DNA of 64,000 bases from an uncultured Verrucomicrobiae bacterium (GTDB lineage Bacteria > Verrucomicrobiota > Verrucomicrobiia > Chthoniobacterales > UBA10450), in the NCBI GenBank assembly GCA_963834385.1, contig CAWIBO010000003.1:1-64000 (forward strand), read 5' to 3'. The notes under the pieces are model-generated. The model was not told the DNA's origin. It saw nothing but the letters and a program-made list of their open reading frames with translations, and made no database searches. Below, in pieces: positions 27,941 through 39,015 of the stretch; the stretch's first letter is position 1; every line of letters begins with the position of its first letter. The position numbers and the translations under genes were made by a program.

Positions 27941-29351
27941 TCAGGCGCCGCTGCCGTTTTGACGCAGACGGGCGAGGAGCTTTTCGTGGATGTTATCGAA
28001 GCCGCCGTTGCTGAAAACAGCCACGACATCATCCTTTTGCAGGAGCGGTTCGAGGCGGTTGACGATGGCCTCGGCGTGCTCCTCGTAAAAGGCGGGGCGC
28101 CCGGCGGCCTCGATCGCGGCCACGACCGCTTCCGGGTTCAGGCGTTCCTCCTCCGGGATCTGGTCCAGCCGCGCGACCTGGGAGAGGAAGACGCCGTCGG
28201 CCAGGCCGAGCGACTCCACCAGGTCGCCCTGGAGCACAGCCCGGCGCGTGGTGTTGGAGCGCGGCTCGAAGACCGCCCAGATGCGATGGCCCGGATAGCG
28301 ATGACGCAGCGCCCGGATGGTCTCGGCAATCGCGGTGGGATGATGGCCGAAATCATCGATCACGCGCACCCCGCGCGCTTCGCCGCGCACTTCCTGCCGG
28401 CGGGCAATCCCCTTGAACTCCGCGAGCCCGCGGCGGACCGCCTCGAGCGTGACCCCATAGAAACGGGCCGCGGTGATGGCCATGGCGGTGTTGCGCACAT
28501 TGAACTCGCCGATGAGCGGCGTCTCGAACTGTTCGTCCCCGAGGGTGAAGTGGGAGCCATCGGCGGAATAACCGGTGTCGCGGATGCGTTGCGCACAATT
28601 GGCGGAAAAGCCGACCTCGACGATGGGCGCGAGTGATTTCCTGGCCGACCTCGACGCAGTTGGCGTCGTCGCCGTTGAGCAGGATCATCCCGTTTTGCGG
28701 GACGAGATTGACGAGGCGCCGGAAGCTCACCTTGATCTCCTCCAGGTTGCTGAAGATATCGGCGTGGTCGAACTCGATGTTGTTCAGGATGAGCAGCTCG
28801 GGCAGGTAATGCAGGAACTTTGAGCGCTTGTCGAAAAACGCGGTGTCGTATTCGTCGCCCTCGATGACGAAGTGGCGTGAATCGTTGAAACGGGCGCCCT
28901 GCCCGAGGTTGCGCGGGATGCCGCCGATGAGGTAGCCGGGGGCGAGCCCGCCGCTTTCCAAAAGCCAGGCGAGCAGGGCCGTGGTGGTGGTTTTGCCGTG
29001 GGTGCCGGTGACAACAAGGTTGTGCCGGCCGCGGAGGAAGAACTGTTTCACCACCTCGGGCAGGGCCAGGCAGTAGAGCTTGCGGTTGAGCACGGCTTCC
29101 AGCTCCGGGTTCCCGCGCGTGATGGCGTTGCCGACCACGACGACGTCGGCCGCCGGCGGGATGTTGTCGGGGCTGAACCCCTTGGACAGAGCAATGCCGC
29201 GTTCCTCGAGAAAGGTGGACATGGGCGGGTAGACGTTGTCATCCGAGCCGGTGACCGTGAACTCGCGTTCGCGCAGGGCCGCGGCCACGGCGCCCATGGC
29301 GGTGCCGCAGATCCCGAGAAAATGAAAATGTCGCGGCGCGCCTTCCACCAC
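27941..29351 (-). CDS. mpl: Murein peptide ligase; frameshift near 28640
   Basis: HFLGICGTAMG, GTHGKTTT, EGDEYDTAFFDKRSKF and NNIEFDHADIF; the shifted frame has DDFGHHPTAI and FEPRSNT. Confidence 0.92.
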
Positions 29352-29481
29352 GATCCTTTACACTGCGCCGGTGAAATCGCCAGTGCGGGATGGTCGGAAG
29401 TCGGTGGGAAACGCGGTTTTATTGCCGAATTGTCCCCGGCCGCGGATTGACGCCCGCCCGGGTGGGTTTAGATTGATGGAC

Positions 29482-29877
29482 ATGAAAAAATTAACAGCGT
29501 TTGTGATGACACTGGCGGTCTCCGCCGCCCTCGCGGTGGCCGGTGACAAGGAAGCGAAATTTGACGACATCCAGCATGACGACCTGAAGAAGGCGATGCA
29601 GGAAAACAAGGTCACGCTCATCGATGTGAACGGGACGGAGAGCTACGAAAAGGCACACATCCCGGGCGCGATCAACTTTGACGCGGAGAAGGACAATCTC
29701 GCGGCCAAGCTGCCGAGCGACAAGGACGCGCTCGTGGTGGCCTATTGCGGCAACGAGAAGTGCAAGGCCTACAAGCAGGCCGCGGTTAAAGCCAAGGAAC
29801 TCGGCTACACCAACGTGAAGCACTACTCCAAGGGTATTGCCGGGTGGAAAGCCGCCGGCGAAAAGACCGATAGCTAA
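29482..29877 (+). CDS. Secreted rhodanese-like domain protein
   Basis: Signal peptide; LIDV, HIPGAIN, VAYCG and GIAGW motifs. Confidence 0.88.
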   Translation: MKKLTAFVMTLAVSAALAVAGDKEAKFDDIQHDDLKKAMQENKVTLIDVNGTESYEKAHIPGAINFDAEKDNLAAKLPSDKDALVVAYCGNEKCKAYKQAAVKAKELGYTNVKHYSKGIAGWKAAGEKTDS

Positions 29878-29892
29878 GCCAGCTGAATTCAC

Positions 29893-29928
29893 AAAAAGGC
29901 CGGGGCGGTTCGCCCCGGCCTTTTTTTT
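29893..29928 (+). terminator. Rho-independent terminator
   Basis: aaaaa ggccggggcg gtt cgccccggcc tttttttt: perfect 10-bp GC stem followed by a T8 tail. Confidence 0.9.
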
Positions 29929-30059
29929 GCCCGCGCACGGATACGTCCGCCCGGGTCGGCCTCGCCGAATCGTCTTTAGCCCCCGTGACACCTTTTTGGG
30001 AGTCGGGAACCGGGAAAGATCAGGTGCCGCTGGGATTTAACCCATGAAAGGATCCTGAA

Positions 30060-30374
30060 ATGCGAAAGTTAACAGTGACGCTGGCCGTGCTGGCGGCCGC
30101 CCTCGTCGTTTTCAACGTCGTGGCGGAGGAGAAAAAAGCAGGCTCGGCCAGGGCAAAGCAGACCGAGGTGAAGGGCACACTCGTGCCGCAGGGGAAGGTC
30201 TATGTGCGCCTGGATAAGAACAAGAAGGAGCTCGACCGGTTCAGCGCCGGCCAGAGCATGAAGACGGTGAACTGCGCGAAGATCGCGTGTCCCTCCACCT
30301 TCCCGGCTAATTATGTTTGCTGGGAATGCCGGGACGAACCCGAAACCACGAACACCGGGACAAAATCCCAGTAA
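30060..30374 (+). CDS. Small secreted hypothetical protein with four C-terminal cysteines
   Basis: Signal peptide, upstream aaagga, typical codon usage, downstream terminator. Confidence 0.7.
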   Translation: MRKLTVTLAVLAAALVVFNVVAEEKKAGSARAKQTEVKGTLVPQGKVYVRLDKNKKELDRFSAGQSMKTVNCAKIACPSTFPANYVCWECRDEPETTNTGTKSQ

Positions 30375-30394
30375 CCGCAACAGGCACTCAGCAG

Positions 30395-30431
30395 GCGGCC
30401 GGAGCCATTCGTTCCGGCCGCTTTTGCTTTT
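30395..30431 (+). terminator. Rho-independent terminator
   Basis: gcggccgga...tccggccgc followed by ttttgctttt. Confidence 0.7.
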
Positions 30432-32555
30432 CTACTTCTTCTTGAAGACCTCGACCGCGTTCCAGGCCTCGTCCGGCGGTTCCTTTTCGTATTCGAGGCA
30501 GCGGTCGAGATACATCCGGGCCAGAAAATCCTCGGGATAAAACTCGAGAAACCGGGAGAGCAGGATCTTCGCGTCGGTAAATTTGCGTGCGCGGAATTTT
30601 TCCATCGCCTCCTCATAGGAACCGAGCCACTTCAGCAGTTCCTCGTCGAACGGTTCATCCTTCGCCCCGAGCAACGCGCCCACCTCGACCGGTTGCGTTT
30701 TTCCCTTCACCTGGACCAGGGCCACGCTGCGCAGATGGAAATCATCGCGCAATAACGGGAGGACGTTCGCGCCCACCAGAATATCGACGCCGTAGGTGCG
30801 GGTCAGGCTTTCCAAACGCGAGGCGAGGTTAACCGAGTCACCAATCACGGTGAGGTCGGCCCGTTCGGTGGAACCGATGTTCCCCGCGAGGACTTCACCC
30901 TGGTTGAGGCCGATGCCAATGCCGAGCGGGACCGAGCCTTCCGCGGCCCACATCTTGTTCAGCCCGGCCAGTTCCTTCTTCATCCCGAGCGCCGACCGGG
31001 CTGCCAGCTTGGCGTCACCCGCCACCCCGGCGCTGCGGGTCATGCCCCAGACGGCCATGACGGCGTCGCCAATGAACTTGTCGAGCGTGCCCTCATATTT
31101 GAAGACCATGGCCACCATGCGGTCGAGGTATTGGTTGAGCTGGAGGACCAGTTGTTCCGGGTCGGCCGTCTCCGTCATGTTGGTGAACCCGACGATATCG
31201 GAGAAGAGGATGGTGGCCGGTTTCCGCACCCCCTTGAGGGTGTTGTAATAGCTTTCCGGGTTCTCCAGAATCTCGGCCACGAGGTTTTTCGAGACGTAAC
31301 GCTCGAGGGTGCGGCGGGTCCGGGTTCGTTCAATGCGTTCGAGGACGTATTCCACGCCCATGGAGGTGAGCCCGCTGAGGAGGAAGGCGCTAAGCACGGG
31401 CACGGTGAGAAGGAACAGGCCCTGGAAGTCGTAGAAAAGCCGGGCCACCACGAGGTAAACCGCGGTCACGCCGAGGAGGGCCAGGAGGGAGACCAGCGGC
31501 CGCCGGATAAATCCGATCAGGATCCAGGCGAGAAGACCGGCGCCGCCGACCAGCAGGTAACGCACGGTGGGCGGCGTGAAGCTGAGGAACTCGTGGCGCA
31601 GCGCCGCGGCGAAGGCGTGCAAATGGAGCGCCGGCCCCGGCGTGTCGGGACTCATCGGCGTGGCAAAGACGTCGTGCGCGACCTGGGAGGAGGCGCCGAT
31701 GACGATGATCCGGTCCTTGAAAAATTCGCCGTTGCCGTAGTTGGCCTTCCAGATGGCGGGATCAAAGATCTGCCAGACCGGGATGGGCTGGAAGCGGTCG
31801 AGCGGTGAAAAGCGGATGTGATGGGGAAAGAGGTCGCGCGGAACGGCCTCGCCGTGGCCGATCTTTTCCAGGCCGCGGCCGACCATGGAAACATAAGGGA
31901 CTTCGCCGGGATGCGGCATCTGTCCGGCGAGCTGGAGATCGGTGATGGTGTAACGCACGCTCCGAATCCGTTCGTCAAGCGGGTCGGGGAAAAGGACGAT
32001 GTAACCGACCCGATCGTCGAGCATCTGCGGCGGCGGGATCAGGGTGGCATTGGGCACGACGGTTTTGACCGCCCCTCCTTCATCCTCGACCGCGGCGAAA
32101 TCGAAGTTCGCGCCGAGGACCACCTTGTCGCGATGGCGCTCGATGGCGGCGGCAAAGGCGGCGTCACCCTCGTTGGGATTGTTGAAGATCAGGTCGAACA
32201 TGACGAGACGGGCGCCCGCGCCGATGACGCGGTCGAGGAAGAGGGCCCAGACCTCGCGCGACCAGGGGAAGGGCTTTGCTGCCATCAATTGCAGGGCGCG
32301 GTTGTTCTCCAGCTGGGCTTCGTCGAACGGCTTGAACTCGAGCGAAGTTTGGTCGATGCCGACGAAGGTGAGCTCCGGCGGCGAATCGGTCTTGCGCCCT
32401 TCGCGCTGCATCAGGTCGTAGAAGGCCTGTTCGCCCGACCAGACCGCGGAGAGGAAGGGAATCTGCGGAACTTTCTGGACCAGAAGAACGCCGCCGGTCC
32501 AGAGCAGGCAAATGCCGGCAAGAAGCCAGAGCCGGTGTCGCATCATCCAGTGCAT
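30432..32555 (-). CDS. CHASE2-domain adenylate/guanylate cyclase
   Basis: PWSR..FDLIF CHASE2 region and TM segments; ILFSDIVGFT, DKFIGDAVMAVW and TVIGDSVNLASRLE. Confidence 0.92.
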   Translation of the reverse strand: MHWMMRHRLWLLAGICLLWTGGVLLVQKVPQIPFLSAVWSGEQAFYDLMQREGRKTDSPPELTFVGIDQTSLEFKPFDEAQLENNRALQLMAAKPFPWSREVWALFLDRVIGAGARLVMFDLIFNNPNEGDAAFAAAIERHRDKVVLGANFDFAAVEDEGGAVKTVVPNATLIPPPQMLDDRVGYIVLFPDPLDERIRSVRYTITDLQLAGQMPHPGEVPYVSMVGRGLEKIGHGEAVPRDLFPHHIRFSPLDRFQPIPVWQIFDPAIWKANYGNGEFFKDRIIVIGASSQVAHDVFATPMSPDTPGPALHLHAFAAALRHEFLSFTPPTVRYLLVGGAGLLAWILIGFIRRPLVSLLALLGVTAVYLVVARLFYDFQGLFLLTVPVLSAFLLSGLTSMGVEYVLERIERTRTRRTLERYVSKNLVAEILENPESYYNTLKGVRKPATILFSDIVGFTNMTETADPEQLVLQLNQYLDRMVAMVFKYEGTLDKFIGDAVMAVWGMTRSAGVAGDAKLAARSALGMKKELAGLNKMWAAEGSVPLGIGIGLNQGEVLAGNIGSTERADLTVIGDSVNLASRLESLTRTYGVDILVGANVLPLLRDDFHLRSVALVQVKGKTQPVEVGALLGAKDEPFDEELLKWLGSYEEAMEKFRARKFTDAKILLSRFLEFYPEDFLARMYLDRCLEYEKEPPDEAWNAVEVFKKK

Positions 32556-32728
32556 GTGAGGGCAGTTTAGGATGAAGGGCGGGGAGAGGAAGGGGAAACA
32601 TCCTCCGCGGGCGAGGTCTTGCCGGCTGAAACCAGAAAAACGGTTGCAGAGGCGGAGGCAGTGGCTATGGTGCCGGCCCGTGACGCTGGCTACAGCGTCC
32701 GTCAGGTCTGCCCACCTGCCCCGCCACG

Positions 32729-32818
32729 CGGGGCTCTTTCGCGAGTGAGGTCGGGGAGACCACCTGAAATAACAACCCGCGAAAAAAGGAGCCCCGGAGC
32801 GATCCGGGGAATAACAAA
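32729..32818 (+). promoter_or_regulatory. Candidate structured 5' leader of rplT
   Basis: 32729-32743 pairs with 32778-32796; an alternative overlapping hairpin at 32792-32809 covers the probable ribosome-binding site. Confidence 0.45.
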
Positions 32819-33205
32819 ATGCCCAGAGCAACCAACGCCCCGGCCAGCCGGGAGCGCCGCAAACGTGTCATCAACGCCGCGAAAGGCTATCGCGGCCGCC
32901 GGTCCAAACTCTTCCGTTACGCGAAAGACGCGACGATGAAGGGGAAATACTGGGCCTACCGGGATCGCAAGACCCGCAAACGCAATTTCCGCATGCTCTG
33001 GGTGCAGCGTCTTAACGCCGCTGTCCGCGCCCAGGGTCTGACCTACAGCCGCTTCGCCGAGGGCCTCAAGGCCGCCGCGATCGGGCTCGACCGCAAGATT
33101 CTTTCCGACCTCGCCATCACCGACGAGAAGGCTTTCGCCACCATCGTGGAAAAGGTGAAATCCGCGCTGGAAACGAAGAATTCGGAGAAAAAGAAAGCCG
33201 CTTAG
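32819..33205 (+). CDS. rplT: 50S ribosomal protein L20
   Basis: [33 protein letters not shown] and [10 protein letters not shown]. Confidence 0.97.
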   Translation: MPRATNAPASRERRKRVINAAKGYRGRRSKLFRYAKDATMKGKYWAYRDRKTRKRNFRMLWVQRLNAAVRAQGLTYSRFAEGLKAAAIGLDRKILSDLAITDEKAFATIVEKVKSALETKNSEKKKAA

Positions 33206-33320
33206 CGGATTGCCGAAGCTTCCCGCGGGAGTCGTGCCCGCGCCGGGTTTGTCCCGCGCCGGGTCGTCCGCGCCGCTTTCAGAATTGCGACGGCCGGTGA
33301 CTGCCGTTACAGGATTGCCC

Positions 33321-34337
33321 ATGTCCCATCCGCTCGAGGAATTGCGCGAGACCGCCCTGCGCGACATCGCCGGGGCGGCCGACGCCCCCGCGCTGGATGC
33401 GGTCCGGGTGCGCTACCTTGGCCGGAACGGCACCATCACGGCCTGGGGCGAGCAGATGAAGTCGCTCGGGAAAGAGGAGCGCCCGGTGGTGGGCCGCCTT
33501 CTCAACGAAGCCCGCACGTCGGTGACGGCGGCGCTGGAAGAGGCGGCGGCAAAACTGCAGAGCCGGCAGGAAGAGGCGGAGCTGGCCGGGATCGATCTTT
33601 CCCTGCCGGGCACGCCCTTCGAGATGGGCGCGCTCCATCCGCTCACGCAAATGCTCGCGAGAGGCATCGAGATTTTTCGCCGAATGGGCTTTGCCATCGC
33701 CCATGGCCCGGACGTGGAGGACGAGTGGCACTGCTTCGATGCGCTGAATACCGCGCCTGATCATCCGGCGCGGAACGAGCAGGACACCTTTTATCTGCAG
33801 GATGGCCGGCTCCTGCGCACCCATACTTCCAGCGTGCAAATCCGCACCATGCAATCGGCCCCGCCGCCCATTCGCGTCATTGCCCCGGGGGCGGCCTATC
33901 GCCGCGACGAGGTGGACGCGACCCACAGCGCGCAGTTCCACCAGATCGAGGGCCTTTACGTGGATGAAAAGGTGAGCGTGGCCGACCTGAAAGGGACGCT
34001 CGAATTTTTCCTGCGCGAACTTTTCGGCCCGGATACCGCCGTCCGGTTTCGTCCCCATTATTTTCCCTTCACCGAGCCGAGCTTCGAGATCGATGTGAAA
34101 TCGAAGGCGCTCCGGAGCGGCGAAAAATGGCTGGAGGTTTGCGGCTGCGGCATGGTGCACCCGGCCGTTTTCGAGCAGGTGAACAAGACGCGGGGCGACG
34201 CGGCCTACGACCCGGAAAAATGGACCGGCTTCGCCTTTGGCCTCGGCATGGACCGCCTGGCCATGATCCTTTTCGGAATACCCGACATTCGTCTTTTCGC
34301 GCAGAACGACCTGCGTTTCCTGCGGCAGTTTGCCTGA
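33321..34337 (+). CDS. pheS: Phenylalanine-tRNA ligase alpha subunit
   Basis: FDALN..HPAR..QDTFY, LRTHTS, FRPHYFPFTEPS and GFAFGLG. Confidence 0.97.
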   Translation: MSHPLEELRETALRDIAGAADAPALDAVRVRYLGRNGTITAWGEQMKSLGKEERPVVGRLLNEARTSVTAALEEAAAKLQSRQEEAELAGIDLSLPGTPFEMGALHPLTQMLARGIEIFRRMGFAIAHGPDVEDEWHCFDALNTAPDHPARNEQDTFYLQDGRLLRTHTSSVQIRTMQSAPPPIRVIAPGAAYRRDEVDATHSAQFHQIEGLYVDEKVSVADLKGTLEFFLRELFGPDTAVRFRPHYFPFTEPSFEIDVKSKALRSGEKWLEVCGCGMVHPAVFEQVNKTRGDAAYDPEKWTGFAFGLGMDRLAMILFGIPDIRLFAQNDLRFLRQFA

Positions 34338-34358
34338 AATGCGCGCGCCCGAACCCCG

Positions 34359-36708
34359 ATGAAATTCTCCGTCAACTGGCTGCGTGAACTGGTGGAGCTG
34401 CCGCCCGGCGTGGAGGAACTGGCGGACCTGCTGACCCGGGCCGGGGTGGAGATCGAGGGAATGGCGCAGCGGGGCGCCGATTTTCCCGGGGTGGTCGTGG
34501 CGCAGATCAAGGAATCCGCCCAGCACCCGAACGCGGACCGGCTCAGTGTCTGCCAGGTGGATGACGGGTCGGGCACGTTGCGCCAGATTGTTTGCGGGGC
34601 AAAAAATTATCAGGTAGGCGACAAGGTGCCGCTGGCGCAGCCGGGCGCGAACCTGCCCGGCGACCTGAAAATTCGGGCGAGCAAGCTGCGCGGGGTGGAA
34701 TCGCAGGGCATGCTTTGCAGCGCGAAGGAGCTGAACCTGGCCGAGGAGGCCGCCGGGCTCCTGATTCTCTCCCCGGAGGCCTCCGTGGGCGCGCCCATTT
34801 CCTCGCTTTACCCGGCCGACACCATTCTTGATGTCGAGATCACGCCGAACCGGCCGGACCTGCTCAGTTACCGTGGCCTGGCCCGCGAGATCGCAGCCCT
34901 GACCGGCAAAAGGCTTGCCCAAAGCGGAGAACAAACCGCCGTCCCTGCGGAAACGGACGGGAAGGTGGTCACGATCTCGGCGACGGACGAATGCCCGTTC
35001 TTTTCCCTTCGCCGCATTGAGGGGATCACGGTGGGCCCGAGCCCGGAATGGCTGCGGCTGAAGCTCGAAGCCAGCGGCCTGCGCGCGATCAACAACATCG
35101 TGGACATCACGAATTACGTGATGCTCGAGCTGGGCCAGCCGCTGCACGCGTTTGACGCCGACAAGCTGGAGGGCGCGATCAGGGTGCGGCTGGCAAATGA
35201 AGGGGAAACTTTTCTTGCCCTTGATGGGCGCACCTATGCGCTGGCGCCGGAAGATCTCATGGTGACCGACCAGGCGCGGGCGGTCGGCATTGCGGGGGTG
35301 ATGGGCGGTGAAGAAACCGGCGTGACCGGTGAGACGCGAAACGTTCTTCTTGAAGCGGCCTGGTTTTTACCTGCGGCGATCCGGCGGACGGCGCGCCGCC
35401 TCAACCTGCCGAGCGACGCCAGCTACCGGTTCGAACGCGGAGTGGATCCGCAGGGGACATTGCGCGCCTCGGCGCGTGCCGCGGAACTGATGCGCGAAGT
35501 GGCCGGGGGCCGGCCGGTGGAGCGGGTGGCGGTGGCAGGCGCGCCCCTGCCGGATCCGGTGCCGGTGCGGTTGCGCGAAGCGCGCTGCGCCGAGCTGCTG
35601 GGGGTGCCTCTGGAGCGCGGGACGATCAAGCCGATCCTCGAGGGGCTGGGCTTGCACGCCGCAGAGGAGGAGAAAGAGGCGCTGGTCTGGAGCATTCCGA
35701 GTTATCGGCGCGACCTCCAGCGTGAAGTGGACCTGATCGAGGAAGTCATTCGTGTGCATGGGATCGACCGGGTCCCGGGAAGCGACCGGAGCCGTTTCAC
35801 GCCGGTGAGCGCGGCCGACCGCACCTTTGACCGGGAGAATGGGTTGCGCCGGCGCCTGGTGGCGCGCGGTTTTTTCGAGGCGCGCACCTCGGCCCTGGTG
35901 TCGCGGGCCTCGTTGCAGGAGGAGGAAGCGGTGCCGGTGCGCAATCCGCTAAGCGAAGACCACGTGGCCCTGCGGCCGAGCCTGCTGCGCGGGTTGCTCG
36001 AGGTTCTGCGGCATAACGCGGCCATGGGCGCGACCACCGTGCGCCTGTTCGAGGTGGGCCGGATCTTTCGCCCGCCCGGCGCGGCCGAGGAACGAACGCT
36101 CGGTCTCCTGCTTTCGGGCGCGGTGGTCTCGGGGCCGCACTGGCGCGGGGGAGAAAAGCGCCTGCTCGATTTCTATGATCTGCGCAGCGCGCTGGAGGTG
36201 CTTGGTCTCGATGATCTGGCCTGGGAGCGCGCCGGGCACGAGCGGTTCGCCCTCGCGGCGGAGGTGAAAAGCGGCGGGGTGGTGCTGGGCCTGGCCGGGC
36301 AACTGAGCGCGGCGGAGGCGGCGCCGTCTCGGGGCGCACGCGCCGGTTTACCTGGCGCAGATCAATCTCGAGGCGGCGGCCAGGGCGAACGAAAAACAGT
36401 TTGCGCCGATGGATCGGTTCCCGGCGGTGACGCGGGACATTGCGATGTTTGTGCCGGCGGCGGTGCGGCACGAGCAGATTGTTGCGAGCCTGCGCGGGGC
36501 GAAGGAATCGCTTCTGGAAGGGATCGAGCTGTTCGATCTTTTCGCGGGAAAGCAAGATGAAAATGGAAAAGAAACGCGCAAGTCGATGGCTTACACATTG
36601 ACATACCGCGACCGGAACCGGACACTGACCAACGACGAAGTCACCGCGGTCCACACGAAGATTCGTGAACGATTGCAGACGGAGCTGGGAGTGGAACTGC
36701 GGGAATAG
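34359..36708 (+). CDS. pheT: Phenylalanine-tRNA ligase beta subunit; frameshift near 36330
   Basis: HPNADRL, ITPNRPD, DITNYVMLELGQPLHAFD and DLIEEV; the anticodon-binding domain (RFPAVTRDIA..RTLT) is in ORF 36409..36708. Confidence 0.95.
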
Positions 36709-36798
36709 TTCTTTGAAAGCGCGCGGGGAGTTGCCCGCTGAGGGCTGGGTTTGAAACCAGTGCTTTCGCTCAGCCTTCAACCGGCAAATTCCCGCAAA

Positions 36799-36980
36799 TT
36801 TACCCTGCGGTGTTCGAGATTACAGGTGTGAATCCCGAACCGATAATTCAGTTACCAGGAGGCTTGGCCGGTGGCGGAAGATGACATGCCTTAATTGGAA
36901 GTCAGACGCCGCGCCGGTGGTCATCCGCCCGTTACCGATAGGGAACGGGAGTTCCACCTAAACGGCATTGGCGGGGTAAA
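36799..36980 (+). ncRNA. ssrS: 6S RNA
   Basis: ~180-nt rod: 5' tttaccctgcggtgttcg pairs with 3' cggcattggcggggtaaa, and aggtgtgaatcccg pairs with cgggagttccacct; gaaccgata central-bubble motif; lies downstream of pheT and is followed by a terminator. Confidence 0.8.
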
Positions 36981-36986
36981 AACCTT

Positions 36987-37024
36987 AAACGCCCCGGCAC
37001 CGGCCGCGGGCGTTTTTTGCTTTT
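36987..37024 (+). terminator. Rho-independent terminator after 6S RNA
   Basis: aaacgccc...gggcgttttttgctttt. Confidence 0.75.
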
Positions 37025-37085
37025 GTCCGGCACGGCCGGCAGATCGCGGGTTGAAAAGCTTCCACGCCGGAGGGACTGTCGCCCG

Positions 37086-38223
37086 ATGCGCGCCCTGCTT
37101 GTGCTCGAGGATGGACGATGCTTCGAGGGCGTTTCCTTCGGCGCCACCGGCACGGTCCTGGGCGAGATCTGTTTCAACACTTCCATGACCGGTTACCAGG
37201 AAGTGCTGACCGATCCCTCCTACCGGGGACAGATCGTGGCCATGACCTACCCGTTGATCGGCAACTACGGCATCAACCAGCTCGACCAGGAGAGCGCCTC
37301 GCCGCATGTGCGCGGGTTCGTCATTGAAGAGTTAAGCGAAGCGCCGAGCAACTGGCGGAGCGAGATGTCGCTCGATGATTATCTGCGCCAGTGGAACATC
37401 CCCGGGCTCCAGGGCGTGGACACGCGCGCGCTGACCCGGCACCTGCGGACCCGGGGAGCGATGAAAGCCTGCCTGACCACCGAGGAGATGACTCCGGAGG
37501 AAGCGGCCGGGCGCGCCCGGGAAGGCAAAGGGGTCGTGGGCATGGATTATGTGCACGAGGTGACGACAAAGGCGCCCTACCGCTGGGACGAGGGGGACAC
37601 GCTCAGTGCGCCCTGGTCGGTCGCCACGGGCGAGGCGAAACCCGGTTTGCCGCCGCTCCGGCACCGCGTGGTGGCCTATGATTACGGGATCAAGCAAAAC
37701 ATCCTGCGGCAACTCCGGCAGCATGGCTTCGAGGTCACGGTGGTGCCGGCCACGACCACGGCGGAGGAGGCGTTGCGCCATGAGCCCGACGGAATTTTTC
37801 TTTCCAACGGCCCGGGCGACCCGGGAGCGCTCGATTACGCGCACGAAGCCGTCCGGGGATTGATGGGCAGGAAACCGATCTTTGGCATCTGCCTCGGGCA
37901 CCAGGTGCTCGGGCTACGCCTTTGGCGGACGCACCTTCAAGCTGAAGTTCGGACACCGCGGCGGGAACCAGCCGGTGCAGGATTTGCAGACCGGGAAAGT
38001 GGCGATCACTTCGCAGAACCACGGTTTCGCCGTCGATCCGAAATCGCTCCCGACGAACGTGGAGGTGACGCACGTGAACCTGAACGACGGAACGGTCGAG
38101 GGGATGAAACACCGCGAGTTGCCGATCTTCAGCGTGCAATATCACCCGGAAGCCGCGCCCGGCCCGCACGACGCCAGCTATTTCTTCGAGGAATTCGCGC
38201 GCCTGATCGACCGTTCCCGTTAA
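37086..38223 (+). CDS. carA: Carbamoyl-phosphate synthase small subunit; frameshift near 37910
   Basis: [24 protein letters not shown] and GICLGHQ; the shifted frame has [16 protein letters not shown] and [10 protein letters not shown]. Confidence 0.95.
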
Positions 38224-38990
38224 TCCGCGGCGCGGGAGGGCGCGGTCGCGGCGGAGGCATTTGCCGGGCCGGTCCCGGTGCGCCCGCGGAGGGCGACGAT
38301 TTCCTTGAGCATGCGCAGGCTGTCCCGGGCAAAATCGACCTTGCTCCCCTCGCAATGGTTCCAGTGCACCGGCACTTCGCGCAGGCGCAACCCGGCCTGG
38401 TGGGCCAGGTAGAGAAGCTCCACGTCAAAACCGAATCCATCGGTGCGGGCGGCCTCGAAGAGCGGACGACAGGTGGACATCCGGAAAGCCTTGCAACCGC
38501 ATTGCGTGTCCCAGAAAGGCAGGCCGGTGGCGAGACGGACAATGAGATTGAAGATGCGCCCGCCCTGTTCCCGCCGCCAGGGCTGGCGATGGCCGATCAG
38601 GCTGCGATCCAGCGCGCGCGAGCCGAAGGCGACGTCGACCTCGCCGGCGGCAATCGGGTCAACCAGCCGCGAGATTTCCTCGATCGGGGTGGAGAGATCC
38701 GCATCGGTAAAGACCGCGATGGGGCGGCTGGCCGCGAGGAAACCGGCGCGCACGGCCGCTCCCTTGCCGCGGTTCGGGTAATTCTCGAGCAGGCGCGTCT
38801 GCAACGGGCTGCCAAGGGCAAAGGTGGCGTGAACCACTTCGCCGGTGGCGTCGGTCGAGCCGTCGTTGACCACGATCACCTCGGCCTCGGGGCTGTTGCG
38901 CTCGAGCCAGGCCATGATGATGTGCAGGGTCTGCCCGATGCGTTCCGCCTCGTTATAGGCGGGGATGACAAGGGAGAATCCCGGGGACAT
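38220..38990 (-). CDS. GT2 glycosyltransferase, dolichyl-phosphate beta-glucosyltransferase-like
   Basis: VIPAYNE, VNDGSTD, NRGKG, DADLS, DTQCG.K and FDVE. Confidence 0.9.
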   Translation of the reverse strand: MSPGFSLVIPAYNEAERIGQTLHIIMAWLERNSPEAEVIVVNDGSTDATGEVVHATFALGSPLQTRLLENYPNRGKGAAVRAGFLAASRPIAVFTDADLSTPIEEISRLVDPIAAGEVDVAFGSRALDRSLIGHRQPWRREQGGRIFNLIVRLATGLPFWDTQCGCKAFRMSTCRPLFEAARTDGFGFDVELLYLAHQAGLRLREVPVHWNHCEGSKVDFARDSLRMLKEIVALRGRTGTGPANASAATAPSRAAD

Positions 38991-39015
38991 GAAGGAGAAC
39001 GTGGCGCCGTTTTAC

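Noticed and set aside
36713..36796. Imperfect hairpins just after pheT as a separate RNA gene
   Set aside because: Pairing is weak with no recognisable family; more likely the terminator or promoter region preceding 6S RNA.
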